From NCBI GenBank assembly GCA_944358705.1, contig CALVRR010000003.1:1106-65105 (forward strand): a stretch of DNA of 64,000 nt, read 5' to 3'. The translations under genes and the position numbers were made by a program. Shown here one piece after another: positions 1-9,615 of the stretch; within the stretch, counting starts at the first letter, position 1, and the number at the start of each line of letters is the position of its first letter. This DNA is from an uncultured Bacilli bacterium (GTDB taxonomy: Bacteria > Bacillota_I > Bacilli_A > RF39 > UBA660). The notes beneath the pieces were generated by a model. It saw only the letters and a list, made by a program, of their open reading frames with translations. It was not told the DNA's origin and did no database searches.

Positions 1-1019
1 TTTAAATCTCTCGCTAGGGTTACTGGGTCACAGGAGATATAAATTAAATTTTTCGGTGTGATTTCTAGTAATTTTTTTATTACATTTTTATGTAGTCCAC
101 TTCTTGGAGGATCTATAATTGCAGTATCATATTCTTTTGTTAATTCTGTTGTTAAATCTTCCACTTTTCCTAGTTTATATGTACAATTTGTAGCGTTATT
201 TAATTCTTTGTTATCATTTGCATCCTCTACTGCCTCTTTACAGGATTCTATTCCTAATACTTTGTCTACACATTCATGAATATAAATGCCTATTGTTCCT
301 GTTCCACAGTATAAATCTAGAACATTTTTAGATTTTTTATCTTGGATAATTCGTTTTATTTCTTCATATAATTTTTCTGTAATTACGCTATTTACTTGAA
401 AGAAGGATTTTTCTGATATCTTGTATTTTTTATTACCAATATAAGATATTATATAATTATTTTTATTTGTTGGAGATAATATTTCGTCTGTTTTATTTCC
501 TATTTTTAATATAATATCTTTCTTGGTTTTTGGCTTGATATTTCCTAATTCTTCATTTAATTTATCATTTAATAATAAACACTTTGTTATAGGTGTAATA
601 GTATTACTTTCTTTTTGATAAAGACCTATTTTATTACCATTTGTATGAAGAGTAATTTTATTTCGGTAGTGATATGGTTTGTCATAAACGATTTCTTTTA
701 TTATTTTCGAATCTATTTTAGCAAACTTATTCATTATTTCTTTTACTTTTTCTGTTTTAAATTCGTTTTCTTTTTCAAAAGATAAGTGAGCTAGATTGCA
801 TCCTCCACATTGATTTGTGTATGGGCAAGGAATATCTGTTCGATCTTCGCTTTTTTTTATTATTTTTGTGGTAGTTGCTAAAAAATATTTTTTGGTTTCT
901 TTTATTATCTTTATTTCTACGATTTCTTTTGGTAATGCATTTTCTACAAAACATATTTTATCGTTTATTCTAGTTATTCCACGTCCATAGTGATCTAATT
1001 TTTCAATTTGTACAGTCAA
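1..1019 (-). CDS. 23S rRNA (uracil-5)-methyltransferase, RumA/RlmD family; C-terminus runs off the window edge
   Basis: Absent from the ORF track because it is open at the edge. My minus-strand translation from TTG (1019-1017), preceded by a GAGGTGA RBS, reads LTVQIEKLDHYGRGITRINDKICFVENALPKE (TRAM-like). It also contains CPYTNQCGGCNLAHL (Fe-S Cys cluster), VLDLYCGTGTIG (SAM motif), IIDPPRSG and YISCDP. Confidence 0.8.
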   Translation of the reverse strand, partial: MTVQIEKLDHYGRGITRINDKICFVENALPKEIVEIKIIKETKKYFLATTTKIIKKSEDRTDIPCPYTNQCGGCNLAHLSFEKENEFKTEKVKEIMNKFAKIDSKIIKEIVYDKPYHYRNKITLHTNGNKIGLYQKESNTITPITKCLLLNDKLNEELGNIKPKTKKDIILKIGNKTDEILSPTNKNNYIISYIGNKKYKISEKSFFQVNSVITEKLYEEIKRIIQDKKSKNVLDLYCGTGTIGIYIHECVDKVLGIESCKEAVEDANDNKELNNATNCTYKLGKVEDLTTELTKEYDTAIIDPPRSGLHKNVIKKLLEITPKNLIYISCDPVTLARDL

Positions 1020-1044
1020 ATTTCTCACCTCTATTTCATTATAA

Positions 1045-1074
1045 CACATACTTTTTATAAAATATAACATACTA
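1045..1074 (+). promoter_or_regulatory. Candidate forespore (sigma-G/F-like) promoter for the gerA-type gene
   Basis: ACATA (1045-1049), an 18-nt spacer, then CATACTA (1068-1074), about 15 nt before the ATG at 1089. This resembles the GHATR-N17/18-CATnnTA pattern known for sigma-G. The first -35 base is mismatched. Confidence 0.25.
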
Positions 1075-1088
1075 ATATTGGTGATCGT

Positions 1089-2489
1089 ATGTTTTTAATA
1101 CAAAGAATAAAAAATGCCATTTCTGTTTCGAAAGATTATAAAATAAAAAAAGTTCATGTATCTAATACTTATGTACATTTGGTTTTTAATGAGGTATTAT
1201 GTAATACTTCTATGATTAATGATTTTATTTTAAGAGAATTGGTGGCATTAAATAAAAAAGAATTGAAGCGATTGGAAAGTGAGATTCCAGCGGCTAATAT
1301 TATACCGATTGAAGAGAAAGATATCTTTTCGTTTGTTAATCAGGGATTTGTTGCTTTAATTTATAAGAATAAAATTTATGCCATTGAAGTTCGAGCTATT
1401 TTAGATCGTGGAGTTACATCTGTTCAAAGTGAGTTGTCTATTACTGGTCCGAAAGATAGTTTTACAGAAAATTTTAATTCTAATTTAGGTCTTATTCGTA
1501 GAAGAATTAAAACTACGAAATTGGAATCTCGTGACATGGAGATTGGACGTTATACCAAAACACGAGTTACTGTTTTATCTATGAAGGGAATTGTGAAAGA
1601 TGAGTTGGTGGATAAAATATGTCAACAGTTAAAGAAAATTAACATTGATGGGATAATTGATTCTAGTTATTTAAAGTCTTATTTGGAAGGTGATCATACT
1701 TTATTTCCAACGGTTATGATGAGTGAACGACCAGATCGTGCTTCTATGGCTCTTTTGGAAGGAAAAGTAGTAATTATTACGGATTTAAGTCCTTATGCTT
1801 TGATATTGCCTAGTTTTTTTATTGATTATTTTCATACGGTAGATGATTATTATCAGAAAAATAGTAATACTACTTTTATTCGTGTAATTCGAGTGATTGC
1901 TTTTTTTGTTGCGATTTTTTTACCGGCAATTTATATTGCGGTTACGACGAGAAATTATGATTTGGTTCCTTACCGACTCCTGCTTATTTTAAAAGCTGGA
2001 CGTACGTTTGTTCCTTTTGCAGCTTATATTGAGGCTTTGTTTATGATTATCGCTTTTGAAATTTTAAAAGAGTCTGATATTCGGATGTCAGCAACGACAG
2101 GTAGTGCGATATCTATTCTTGGTGGACTTATTTTAGGAGATGCGGCGGTCAGTGCGGGGATTGTTTCTCCTATTATGATTATTATTATTGCGATATCTTC
2201 GATTGCAGCTTTGATTTTTCCATCAAATGAACTTGTAAATGCTATTCGTTTTTATAAAATTAGTATTTTGCTTTTGTCTGCATTTTTTGGTATTTATGGT
2301 GTTTTAGTGGGAGCTATTTTCTTATTTTATAAACTTATTTCTATGAAAAGTTTTGGGTTTTCTTATTTATCCCCTCTTTATCCTTTGGATAAGAATGAAT
2401 GGAGAGATTCTTTCCTTCGAAAAGAAGAAAAAATAAAGAAAAGAAATTCGTATATTACGGATAATGTTGTTCGTGGGAGGAATTTATGA
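1089..2489 (+). CDS. Spore germination protein, GerA/GerKA family (receptor A subunit)
   Basis: 466 aa. The soluble N-terminal domain has ITGPKDSFTENFNSNLGLIRRRIK and the C-terminal part has multiple TM helices (AIFLPAIYIAVT, GGLILGDAAVSAGIVSP). This layout is typical of GerAA-type proteins. A GGTGA RBS precedes the ATG. Confidence 0.85.
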   Translation: MFLIQRIKNAISVSKDYKIKKVHVSNTYVHLVFNEVLCNTSMINDFILRELVALNKKELKRLESEIPAANIIPIEEKDIFSFVNQGFVALIYKNKIYAIEVRAILDRGVTSVQSELSITGPKDSFTENFNSNLGLIRRRIKTTKLESRDMEIGRYTKTRVTVLSMKGIVKDELVDKICQQLKKINIDGIIDSSYLKSYLEGDHTLFPTVMMSERPDRASMALLEGKVVIITDLSPYALILPSFFIDYFHTVDDYYQKNSNTTFIRVIRVIAFFVAIFLPAIYIAVTTRNYDLVPYRLLLILKAGRTFVPFAAYIEALFMIIAFEILKESDIRMSATTGSAISILGGLILGDAAVSAGIVSPIMIIIIAISSIAALIFPSNELVNAIRFYKISILLLSAFFGIYGVLVGAIFLFYKLISMKSFGFSYLSPLYPLDKNEWRDSFLRKEEKIKKRNSYITDNVVRGRNL

Positions 2490-2899
2490 AAATAATTAAA
2501 ACGATTGTTGTTTTCTTTTTGTTGCTTTTACCAGTTATTATTTTTGGGAATCCCCAATATGTAGAATTAAATGACTTAGCTATTATTCGTGGTGTTGGAG
2601 TTTCCTGTGGTGAAGAGATAAACTTGTATTTTCAAGAAATCATTCCTATTAAAGGAGATAGTGGTATTAATTACGAGTATGAATATTATCAAAGCGATGG
2701 CAATAATCTAGAAAATGCATTTCATAAACTGAATCTTAAAACAAAAAAGAAACTTTATTTATCTAAGGTAAAGTTTCTTGTTAGCGATTGTAAAAAAAGC
2801 GATTTTATTTTAAAGCAGTTTGATTTCAAACGTGAAGATATTCATATTTATCACGTAAAGAATCAAGTTTTTGAAAAAGTGAAAGATACTAAGATGTAG
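2486..2899 (+). CDS. Short Ger(x)C-like protein (N-terminal region only, no lipobox Cys)
   Basis: 137 aa with a 4-nt overlap on the A subunit. A signal-like N-terminus is followed by YVELNDLAIIRGVGV, resembling the conserved start of GerxC lipoproteins (CW..ELEDLAIV.GIGID). It has FGNPQ in place of the lipobox Cys and is about one third of normal length. Confidence 0.45.
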   Translation: MKIIKTIVVFFLLLLPVIIFGNPQYVELNDLAIIRGVGVSCGEEINLYFQEIIPIKGDSGINYEYEYYQSDGNNLENAFHKLNLKTKKKLYLSKVKFLVSDCKKSDFILKQFDFKREDIHIYHVKNQVFEKVKDTKM

Positions 2900-3386
2900 T
2901 TGTTTCAGTACAATTAAAGTTTCTGTTTGCAAAATATAATTTTTGTTCTATCTTTTGCTCATTAAAATAATTTTTTTGTAGATTTTTTTCTTCTTTATTT
3001 TCCTTAATCGTTTTGTTTGTAATTGTAACCGTCGTAGTACCTTCATTTTCTTTTATGTCTATATCTTTTAGTGTTTTGAAATAAGCTAATTCTTTTGATG
3101 GGGTTAAATCCTCTTCTTCGGTTGTTTGATTCGTATTAGTTGATAGTTTATAAATAATTTTTGTGTATTTTATTTTTGAATCAATATAGCGAATTTCCAC
3201 GGTTTCCGAAATTTTTTCCGTATGGTAATCTTTTGTACAATTGATGGTGGTGATGTTTCCTTGGTCTTCTCCTATTACTGTTTTTTGCTTTGGAAAAAAC
3301 GCTCTAAAAACTGGAGGTAGTATGATTAGTAAACTTAATATAACAATAATAATATAGGCTTTAATTATATTTTTTTCTGTTTTCAT
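2889..3386 (-). CDS. Hypothetical membrane-anchored protein
   Basis: Track ORF 2889..3473. I prefer the internal start MKTEKNIIKAYIIIVILSLLIILPP, which follows an AAAGGAG RBS. One N-terminal TM helix, then a Thr/Lys/Glu-rich domain. Confidence 0.5.
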   Translation of the reverse strand: MKTEKNIIKAYIIIVILSLLIILPPVFRAFFPKQKTVIGEDQGNITTINCTKDYHTEKISETVEIRYIDSKIKYTKIIYKLSTNTNQTTEEEDLTPSKELAYFKTLKDIDIKENEGTTTVTITNKTIKENKEEKNLQKNYFNEQKIEQKLYFANRNFNCTETTTS

Positions 3387-3726
3387 TTTGAACTCCTTTG
3401 GTTTCTTTATATTTATTCCATGTAAAAATGGAAATGATACAAGGAATGATTGGTAATAAAATCCACAAAACAATTCCTATTTTTGTATCGGAAAATCCAC
3501 GATATTTTTTTAATAGAATAAGTTCATTTATCGATAGACATAGTGCGTATATAAAATAAGTAGTAAAAAGAATTCCTAAAGATTTTACTATTTGTAGAGT
3601 CTTTTTATAGTTATTGTATTTTTTATTTAGAAAACAGTTAAGTATTCGTATTGCTATTACTATACTTAATGGAATTAGAATAAAAAATAGGATGTATTTA
3701 TATACTTTTATATCTATATAATTCAT
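3361..3726 (-). CDS. Hypothetical small integral membrane protein
   Basis: 121 aa with three hydrophobic segments. It overlaps the start of the downstream gene by about 26 nt. Confidence 0.5.
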   Translation of the reverse strand: MNYIDIKVYKYILFFILIPLSIVIAIRILNCFLNKKYNNYKKTLQIVKSLGILFTTYFIYALCLSINELILLKKYRGFSDTKIGIVLWILLPIIPCIISIFTWNKYKETKGVQNENRKKYN

Positions 3727-3773
3727 ATTCTTACTCCTTATTGTAATTTATCATATTTTTTTTCATTTCGCAA

Positions 3774-4340
3774 TTATTCTATGGTGATTTGTAAAAACTT
3801 TGCTAAAGCAAGAGCCTGGGTTTCATTGACGATTAAACCTTTCATACTAGGGATATCTATTTTTATGTGATTGATATTGCAAGTTCTGATATCTATTTTT
3901 TCAAGATTCGTTTCAAATACATCGATTCCTTCTAGATTACAATTTTCAAATTGTAATTTTTTTTGATTCATTTTATAAAAGGAAGCTTCTTTTAGATTAC
4001 AGTTTTTAAAAGTTACTTTGTCTAACTCTGCCATAGAAAAAGTAGCGTAAGATAAATTGCAGTCTATAAATTCTACTTCTTTTAAAAAGGCATTTGAAAA
4101 ATTTGTTCCTAGAAAGGAGCTGTTTTCGAAAGTTGTCTTATAGAAGCTTTGGTTTGCTAGATTTATATTTGCAAAAACACTATTTTTTATTTTACTATTA
4201 TTTATTTCTAGATAATTAAACGTTGTATTTTGAAAGTCTACTTTATTTAGAGTACTATTTGTAATTTCTAATTCTTCAAAGTTTTCGTTTATTTCTGTGT
4301 CTTCTATGGTTTGATTTTTATAATTTTCTATTTTTGTCAT
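3774..4340 (-). CDS. Pentapeptide-repeat protein
   Basis: 188 aa made of continuous A(D/N)LxX-type pentapeptides (NSVFANINLANQSFYKTTFENSSFLGTNFSNAFLKEVEFIDCNLSYATF...). Confidence 0.8.
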   Translation of the reverse strand: MTKIENYKNQTIEDTEINENFEELEITNSTLNKVDFQNTTFNYLEINNSKIKNSVFANINLANQSFYKTTFENSSFLGTNFSNAFLKEVEFIDCNLSYATFSMAELDKVTFKNCNLKEASFYKMNQKKLQFENCNLEGIDVFETNLEKIDIRTCNINHIKIDIPSMKGLIVNETQALALAKFLQITIE

Positions 4341-4341
4341 T

Positions 4342-4926
4342 TTATTTTCCTTCTATTTCTATTCCTTTTTCAATAGTTTTTCTTTTTTTACCATTTTCAT
4401 AGGCATTTTTAAAAGTGATAGGAATTCCTTTATTATTATCGGGATCAATTCCTAATTGTACTTGAAAATGGATGTGTGGTCCTTGTGTATTACCACTGTT
4501 TCCTACTTTTCCTAAGATTTCCCCTTCTTTTACTAAATCTCCTTGTTTTACTAGAAAACTGTCCTTTTCAAAATGGCAAATGGTACTATATTCTCCATTG
4601 TTATGTTTTATAATAATATAATTTCCCTTGGCATCGTCACAATCACAAATAATTTTTCTGTCTTCTGTAATATGAGTATTTTCATATTTATTTACTAGTA
4701 CTACTACCCAGCCATCGGCAGGAGCGTAGACATTTTCTAAAAAGGAATAGTAATTTTCATTTTTTGTTACGTCATTATGATATGGTAGATTGTTTTTTCT
4801 TATTTCAAAATCATATGCGTATCTTTGACCGATGATATTCCATGAATGAGAATTTTTTCTTTTGGTTCCGCCATATTCTACATACCATTTTCCTTTGAAT
4901 GGTAATATATATCTATTCTTACTCAT
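4342..4926 (-). CDS. M23 (LytM-type) metallopeptidase domain protein
   Basis: GNSGNTQGPHIHFQV is the HxH zinc motif. The upstream Y.YDF and APADG segments fit the M23 fold. I see no N-terminal signal peptide. Confidence 0.75.
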   Translation of the reverse strand: MSKNRYILPFKGKWYVEYGGTKRKNSHSWNIIGQRYAYDFEIRKNNLPYHNDVTKNENYYSFLENVYAPADGWVVVLVNKYENTHITEDRKIICDCDDAKGNYIIIKHNNGEYSTICHFEKDSFLVKQGDLVKEGEILGKVGNSGNTQGPHIHFQVQLGIDPDNNKGIPITFKNAYENGKKRKTIEKGIEIEGK

Positions 4927-5137
4927 GGCGTTTTAACCTCTCCATTTTTTCTCTTAATTGATTACGACGATTTTTTTCTTGTTCTTCTTCTGGAACGTAT
5001 GAGTCTTTCTCTTTGGAAAATAGTAATCCTTCATGGATAGCAAAAGGAAAGTCCTGTTTTTTTACCGTTATTTTTTCTTTGGTTTCTATGTTTTCAGCAA
5101 TTACTAAATTTCCTTCAATTTTATCAATAGCATACAT
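4919..5137 (-). CDS. DUF3006-like small protein
   Basis: 72 aa. MYAIDKIEGNLVIAENIETKEKITVKKQDFP..IHEGLLF is the typical DUF3006 pattern. It sits immediately downstream of an MBL hydrolase, which is the usual partner. Confidence 0.6.
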   Translation of the reverse strand: MYAIDKIEGNLVIAENIETKEKITVKKQDFPFAIHEGLLFSKEKDSYVPEEEQEKNRRNQLREKMERLKRHE

Positions 5138-5145
5138 TCTATCAC

Positions 5146-6051
5146 CTACCCGTTTGTATCTGTTCTTTTTGTGTTTATTTCGATATTGGTTCCATCCGTA
5201 ATCATTTCTATGGTTTGATCTTCATCGGTACGATACGTTGTTATATTATGGGATGCTAATGTGTTTAAGACTGTGTTATGAGGATGCTCGTATTGATTGT
5301 TTTTTCCTACGGATATTACTGCATAGGTTGGGTTTACTAAATTTAGAAACTCTTCGTTGGTTGCGGTTGAAGAACCATGATGTCCTACTTTTAATACCGT
5401 ACTTTCTAAATCTTTTCTATCTAAATTTTCCTCTACTTTGGTTGAGGCATCACCAGTTAGTAAAAAACTTACATTTTGATAAGTTACTTTTAATACAATG
5501 GATGTGTCATTTAAGTCTGTTTCGTCATCTTTACCTACATATAATACTTTTATGTTTGTATCTCCTAATTTAAATGTGTCATTTTTGCTTGGAATGGTTA
5601 AAGCTACGTTTTTATTTTCTAAAGCATCTAAAACATCTTCGAAAGTCTTTGTTGTGGTTACAACATCTGGCATATAGAAATTTTCAATATTAAAATTATT
5701 TATAATATCATCTAACCCTCCAATATGATCTTCATGTGGATGAGTTCCTATAACATATTTAAAATCTGTAATTTTCTCTTCTTTAAAGTAAGTTGCTAAT
5801 TTTGGACCATCTTCATTATTTCCAGCGTCTACTAGCATATATTGACCTTCATTTTCTATTAGAATGGAATCTGCCTGTCCTACGTCTAGAAAAGTTACTT
5901 CTAGTCTGTTTTCTGCAGTAACTGGAGCTTCTTCTACTCTTTGATTAATATTTTTCTCTGATTCTTTTATGGGATAGTTTTCAAATAGATAGAAAATTCC
6001 AGCTATAATGATGATTACTAAAGTCGTTATTAATTTTTTCTTTTTTCTCAT
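5146..6051 (-). CDS. Membrane-anchored MBL-fold metallo-hydrolase (ComEC C-terminal-domain-like)
   Basis: N-terminal TM helix, FLDVGQADSILI, and HPHEDHIGG (HxHxDH motif). VGHHGS lies near the C-terminus. Confidence 0.8.
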   Translation of the reverse strand: MRKKKKLITTLVIIIIAGIFYLFENYPIKESEKNINQRVEEAPVTAENRLEVTFLDVGQADSILIENEGQYMLVDAGNNEDGPKLATYFKEEKITDFKYVIGTHPHEDHIGGLDDIINNFNIENFYMPDVVTTTKTFEDVLDALENKNVALTIPSKNDTFKLGDTNIKVLYVGKDDETDLNDTSIVLKVTYQNVSFLLTGDASTKVEENLDRKDLESTVLKVGHHGSSTATNEEFLNLVNPTYAVISVGKNNQYEHPHNTVLNTLASHNITTYRTDEDQTIEMITDGTNIEINTKRTDTNG

Positions 6052-6174
6052 AATCTTACCTCTATTCTATTTTAATCATATCATATTTTTTTATGATTGA
6101 TAAGTAGTAATCCTACGATTCGTAGGGTGTATTTTTTCTTACTTTGTCTTACACTGATTATGAGGAGGAATATT

Positions 6175-6411
6175 ATGGTAAAAAAATATTTCCATTTATT
6201 TATTACTAAATATTATCTTTTATTTATTTCTTTATATTATGTACTGTTTAATTTTCTTTTTGTTACCGAGTTTCAAGTAAGTGGGATTTTGTATGTCATT
6301 TTTTTCATTTTTCTATTAGTCATAACTATAGTTGTATTATCTTTTTCTATGGATACAATGAGGTTTAAAATTCCTGTTTTTCTTTTCTTTTCCGAAGATG
6401 GATGTGATTGA
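6175..6411 (+). CDS. Hypothetical small membrane protein
   Basis: Internal start MVKKYFHLF follows a GAGGAGG RBS within track ORF 6097..6411. Two hydrophobic helices. No homology recognised. Confidence 0.3.
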   Translation: MVKKYFHLFITKYYLLFISLYYVLFNFLFVTEFQVSGILYVIFFIFLLVITIVVLSFSMDTMRFKIPVFLFFSEDGCD

Positions 6412-6643
6412 TGAAAATAGTCATTATTATTGTGGTGATTATGAAATATATCAGTATACGGCTGGAATTTTTGATTCTACCCATTATAAAGTTAGTAAAA
6501 GGTATGAGATTCTTTCTTTTTCTCCAGTAATTGAAATTGTTTATCGTAAAACTATTAGTGATGAGGTGAGAGATTATTATACTGTTTTTCATGATTCTTG
6601 TATTTTAGTGAAAGAGGATTCTTATAGAGAAAAAAAGAATTAA
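6398..6643 (+). CDS. Hypothetical protein
   Basis: 81 aa, overlapping the preceding ORF by 14 nt. This could be the second half of a frameshifted gene. No motif recognised. Confidence 0.3.
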   Translation: MDVIDENSHYYCGDYEIYQYTAGIFDSTHYKVSKRYEILSFSPVIEIVYRKTISDEVRDYYTVFHDSCILVKEDSYREKKN

Positions 6644-6646
6644 TCA

Positions 6647-7747
6647 TTAATTCTTTTTGTTTGGTTGTTTTACTTTTACTTGATTTTTCTTTTTGTTTGC
6701 GAAAAGTGTAAGGGCTTCTTTTCTTGGTTCTAGTTCTAATTCTAGATATTTTAAATATCCTTTTATGTTATGAGAAGATGGTATCGATATTCCCTTTGTT
6801 TGTGCCCATTCTTCAATGGCTGGAAAGGCTTGATTTTCTAGATAATACCAATGATTATCTTCTTTATTTAACATGAAGTCTATTCCACATAGTACTCCGA
6901 TTTCTCTGTGACAGTTTTCCATAATGTTTTTGCAAACATCGAATACTTCTTCTGGGACTTTTGGATTGGTTGGGTCTATTCCGTGTTCTTTTAATATTTT
7001 TGTTTTTTCCTCCGAATATCTTGGTTGGCAAAAAGAAATGTTTTCTCCTCCGGAATAATAATTAAACATTTTCTTGGCATTTAAGAAGTATTTGGAATCA
7101 GGATTTAGGAAAACTTGTTCTAATAATCCTGATGTATCACTTTTTGTGGTTCTTGCGGAATATTTTAGACTTGCTCCTAAGATATCTCCAGAGGCAGCAA
7201 CTAACACTCTTAAATAAGTATTATATTTACTTGGTGTTTCTAAATATTGTTGAAAGATGGAACAGTCTAGTGCATGCTGATATTTGGGATTTTTATGATA
7301 TTGTTCGTAAAATGATTTTATTATGTCTAGCTGTTGTTGTTCTTCAATTAAAAATTTATCTTCTCCACCATTGGTTAATTCGTTTTTAAATACCGCTGGA
7401 AAAAAGGGATGATTAAAGTAATCGGGTATTCTTAAAGAATATGGATAATGAAAGTTGCTACCGGCACCTTCTTTTATTTTTTGATCAAACCTTTTTTTAT
7501 ATTCGCTGATATCGATTTGTTCTTTGCAAATAGCGGTATCATCCATTATTAAGCAAATAGTATTATCATCGATTTCATCTTTTTCATAAGTAATTTCATA
7601 TCCTTCTTCTTGTAATTTTTGAATAAAATTTGTTCTGATTTTAGTAATATATTTTTTTGCTTGTAAGTATTCTATTTGGTTTGTTATTGGATAAAGACAA
7701 GTTTCTCCTGTTACCCAGGTTTTTTCGATATATACTTTTTGTCCCAT
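6647..7747 (-). CDS. Hypothetical protein, ATP-grasp-like
   Basis: 366 aa. The segments PAVFKNELTNGGEDKFLI, QQYLE, YLRVLVAASGDILGASL and GIDFMLNKEDNHWYYLENQAFPAIE follow the order and style of ATP-grasp nucleotide-binding strands. The assignment was made by eye only. Confidence 0.45.
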   Translation of the reverse strand: MGQKVYIEKTWVTGETCLYPITNQIEYLQAKKYITKIRTNFIQKLQEEGYEITYEKDEIDDNTICLIMDDTAICKEQIDISEYKKRFDQKIKEGAGSNFHYPYSLRIPDYFNHPFFPAVFKNELTNGGEDKFLIEEQQQLDIIKSFYEQYHKNPKYQHALDCSIFQQYLETPSKYNTYLRVLVAASGDILGASLKYSARTTKSDTSGLLEQVFLNPDSKYFLNAKKMFNYYSGGENISFCQPRYSEEKTKILKEHGIDPTNPKVPEEVFDVCKNIMENCHREIGVLCGIDFMLNKEDNHWYYLENQAFPAIEEWAQTKGISIPSSHNIKGYLKYLELELEPRKEALTLFANKKKNQVKVKQPNKKN

Positions 7748-7771
7748 GAAAAATTCCCCCCTATATTATAT

Positions 7772-8509
7772 TTAATTTCCTAGTGCATAGCCCCCATTGA
7801 TATTAATTATTTGTCCTGTAATGAAGTTTGCTTTGTCTGATGCTAAAAATGCTACTAATTCTGCTACTTCTTCTGGGTCTCCTAATCGTCCCATTGGTGT
7901 ATTTTCGCATACCCAGGATATTAGTTCTTCTCCAGCACTGGTTGTCATATCGGTTGCAATGTTTCCAGGAGAAACTGCATTTACGGTAATATTTGGTGCA
8001 AATTCCTTGGCTAAAGATTTTGTCATGTTAATTACTGCTGCTTTTGCTGCTCCATAAGCTAATACCCCTGCGGCACCATTTTCTCCTACGGTTGATGCTA
8101 TATTTACAATATGTGTTACTTTTTCTTTATTTAGCAGTGGCTTTAAATAGTTGATACAGTTATGTACGCCTTTTACATTAATATCTAAGGTTTTATTGAA
8201 ATTTTCTTCACTAATTTTATCCCAGTTTCCAGGACGAAGAATTGCTCCAGCATTATTTACTAATACGTCAATACAATCGTATTTCTCACTAATTTTTTCA
8301 GCCATCTTTTTTACTTCTTCTCCATTTGATACATCGGCTTTGATTATTATTCCCTTGGTATACTTATTCACTTTTTTTAGCGTGTCTTTTGCATCACTTT
8401 CACTTTGATTATAATTAATTACTACTTCGTATCCTTCTTCGGCAAGTTTTATGGCAATGCTTTTGCCTATTCCTCTACTTGCTCCTGTTACTACTGCTAC
8501 TTTTTTCAT
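7772..8509 (-). CDS. Short-chain dehydrogenase/reductase (FabG-like)
   Basis: VVTGASRGIGKSIA (TGxxxGxG), NNAG, and YGAAKAA (YxxxK). Confidence 0.85.
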   Translation of the reverse strand: MKKVAVVTGASRGIGKSIAIKLAEEGYEVVINYNQSESDAKDTLKKVNKYTKGIIIKADVSNGEEVKKMAEKISEKYDCIDVLVNNAGAILRPGNWDKISEENFNKTLDINVKGVHNCINYLKPLLNKEKVTHIVNIASTVGENGAAGVLAYGAAKAAVINMTKSLAKEFAPNITVNAVSPGNIATDMTTSAGEELISWVCENTPMGRLGDPEEVAELVAFLASDKANFITGQIININGGYALGN

Positions 8510-8526
8510 ATTTTTCTCCTTTTTTA

Positions 8527-9561
8527 TTATTCTTTGGTTGCTGATTCTAGCAATCTTATTGTTTTATTATCGAAGTCTACTTCCACTTCTATTCCTAATG
8601 GAATGATGCCTGTTGGATAGGCATGCCCTATATTAATGTTATAAAGTACTGGTAAATCTTCTTTGTGATATTCTTTTAATACCTTCTTATATACTTCTTT
8701 ATATTCTTCATAATATTTTTCTTCTTGCGGCTTTCCAATAATAATTCCTTTTATTTCATCTAATATTCCTTCTGCTCCTAGATTTCTTAAATAGTATGTT
8801 AAATAGTTTGGTGGTAGTTTATCTTCACTGGTTTCTATTAATAATATTTTATCTTTCCATTCCTCTTGTTTGGGCCAAATAGTTGTTCCAATTATCATAG
8901 GAAATACATCGATACAGCCTCCTAAAATTTTTCCAGTGATTTTTCCTGTTCCTTGCAATACTTCATATCCATGCTCTTCTTTGGTTAAGATCTTCTCTAT
9001 GTTTTTATTTTCTTCTTTCCATGGGATAAAATCTTTTGACCAAGTAGGACTTGATTTTATTTCTAGGTTTTTCGAATCTTTAAAAAGAATATTTTTTACA
9101 GCTTCTTTGGTATAATCAAACATTTTTACATATTCTCCAAATTCACACATTACGGATGGACCATAGAATGATATTAAACCTGCTTTATTCATCATGAAAT
9201 GATTTACAGTGGTATCGGAATATCCCATAAATATTTTAGGATTTTCTCTAATTATTTTAAAATCGATGTATGGCAATATGCGTATTGTGTCTTCTCCACC
9301 GATAGCACAAAATATAGCTTTTATTGTTTCATCCTGGAAAGCTGACATTAAATCTTTTGCACGTAATTCTGGATGTTCATATACAAATTCTGTTCCTTTT
9401 AAGGCGTTAGGCATAGGAATTACTTCAAGACCAAAATCATTTTCTAATCTTTCTTTTGCAATATAATATTTATGAATAAGATTTTTATCACCTAGTCCTC
9501 CCCAGGATAGGCTAACAATAGCGATTTTGTCATTTGTATTTAATTTTTTTGGCTTTAACAT
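8527..9561 (-). CDS. S66 family LD-carboxypeptidase (MccF-like)
   Basis: IAIVSLSWG, FCAIGGEDTIR, GYSDTT (nucleophile Ser elbow), and INIGHAYP near the C-terminus. Start chosen at MLKPKKL after an AAAGGAG RBS; the track ORF begins 7 codons earlier. Confidence 0.75.
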   Translation of the reverse strand: MLKPKKLNTNDKIAIVSLSWGGLGDKNLIHKYYIAKERLENDFGLEVIPMPNALKGTEFVYEHPELRAKDLMSAFQDETIKAIFCAIGGEDTIRILPYIDFKIIRENPKIFMGYSDTTVNHFMMNKAGLISFYGPSVMCEFGEYVKMFDYTKEAVKNILFKDSKNLEIKSSPTWSKDFIPWKEENKNIEKILTKEEHGYEVLQGTGKITGKILGGCIDVFPMIIGTTIWPKQEEWKDKILLIETSEDKLPPNYLTYYLRNLGAEGILDEIKGIIIGKPQEEKYYEEYKEVYKKVLKEYHKEDLPVLYNINIGHAYPTGIIPLGIEVEVDFDNKTIRLLESATKE

Positions 9562-9615
9562 ATTTTCTCCTTTTTTTCGCATAATATTATGAATTCTATA
9601 GTTTTATGTCTTATT

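Noticed and set aside
58-279. Plus-strand 73-aa ORF at the left edge.
   Set aside because: It lies antisense inside a convincing RumA/RlmD methyltransferase frame on the minus strand, and its sequence is hydrophobic and low-complexity. It is an AT-rich antisense artefact.
3774-4340. Calling the pentapeptide-repeat protein a Qnr/MfpA-type quinolone-resistance determinant.
   Set aside because: Pentapeptide repeats alone do not indicate DNA-gyrase protection. There is no diagnostic loop or length match that I can verify by eye.
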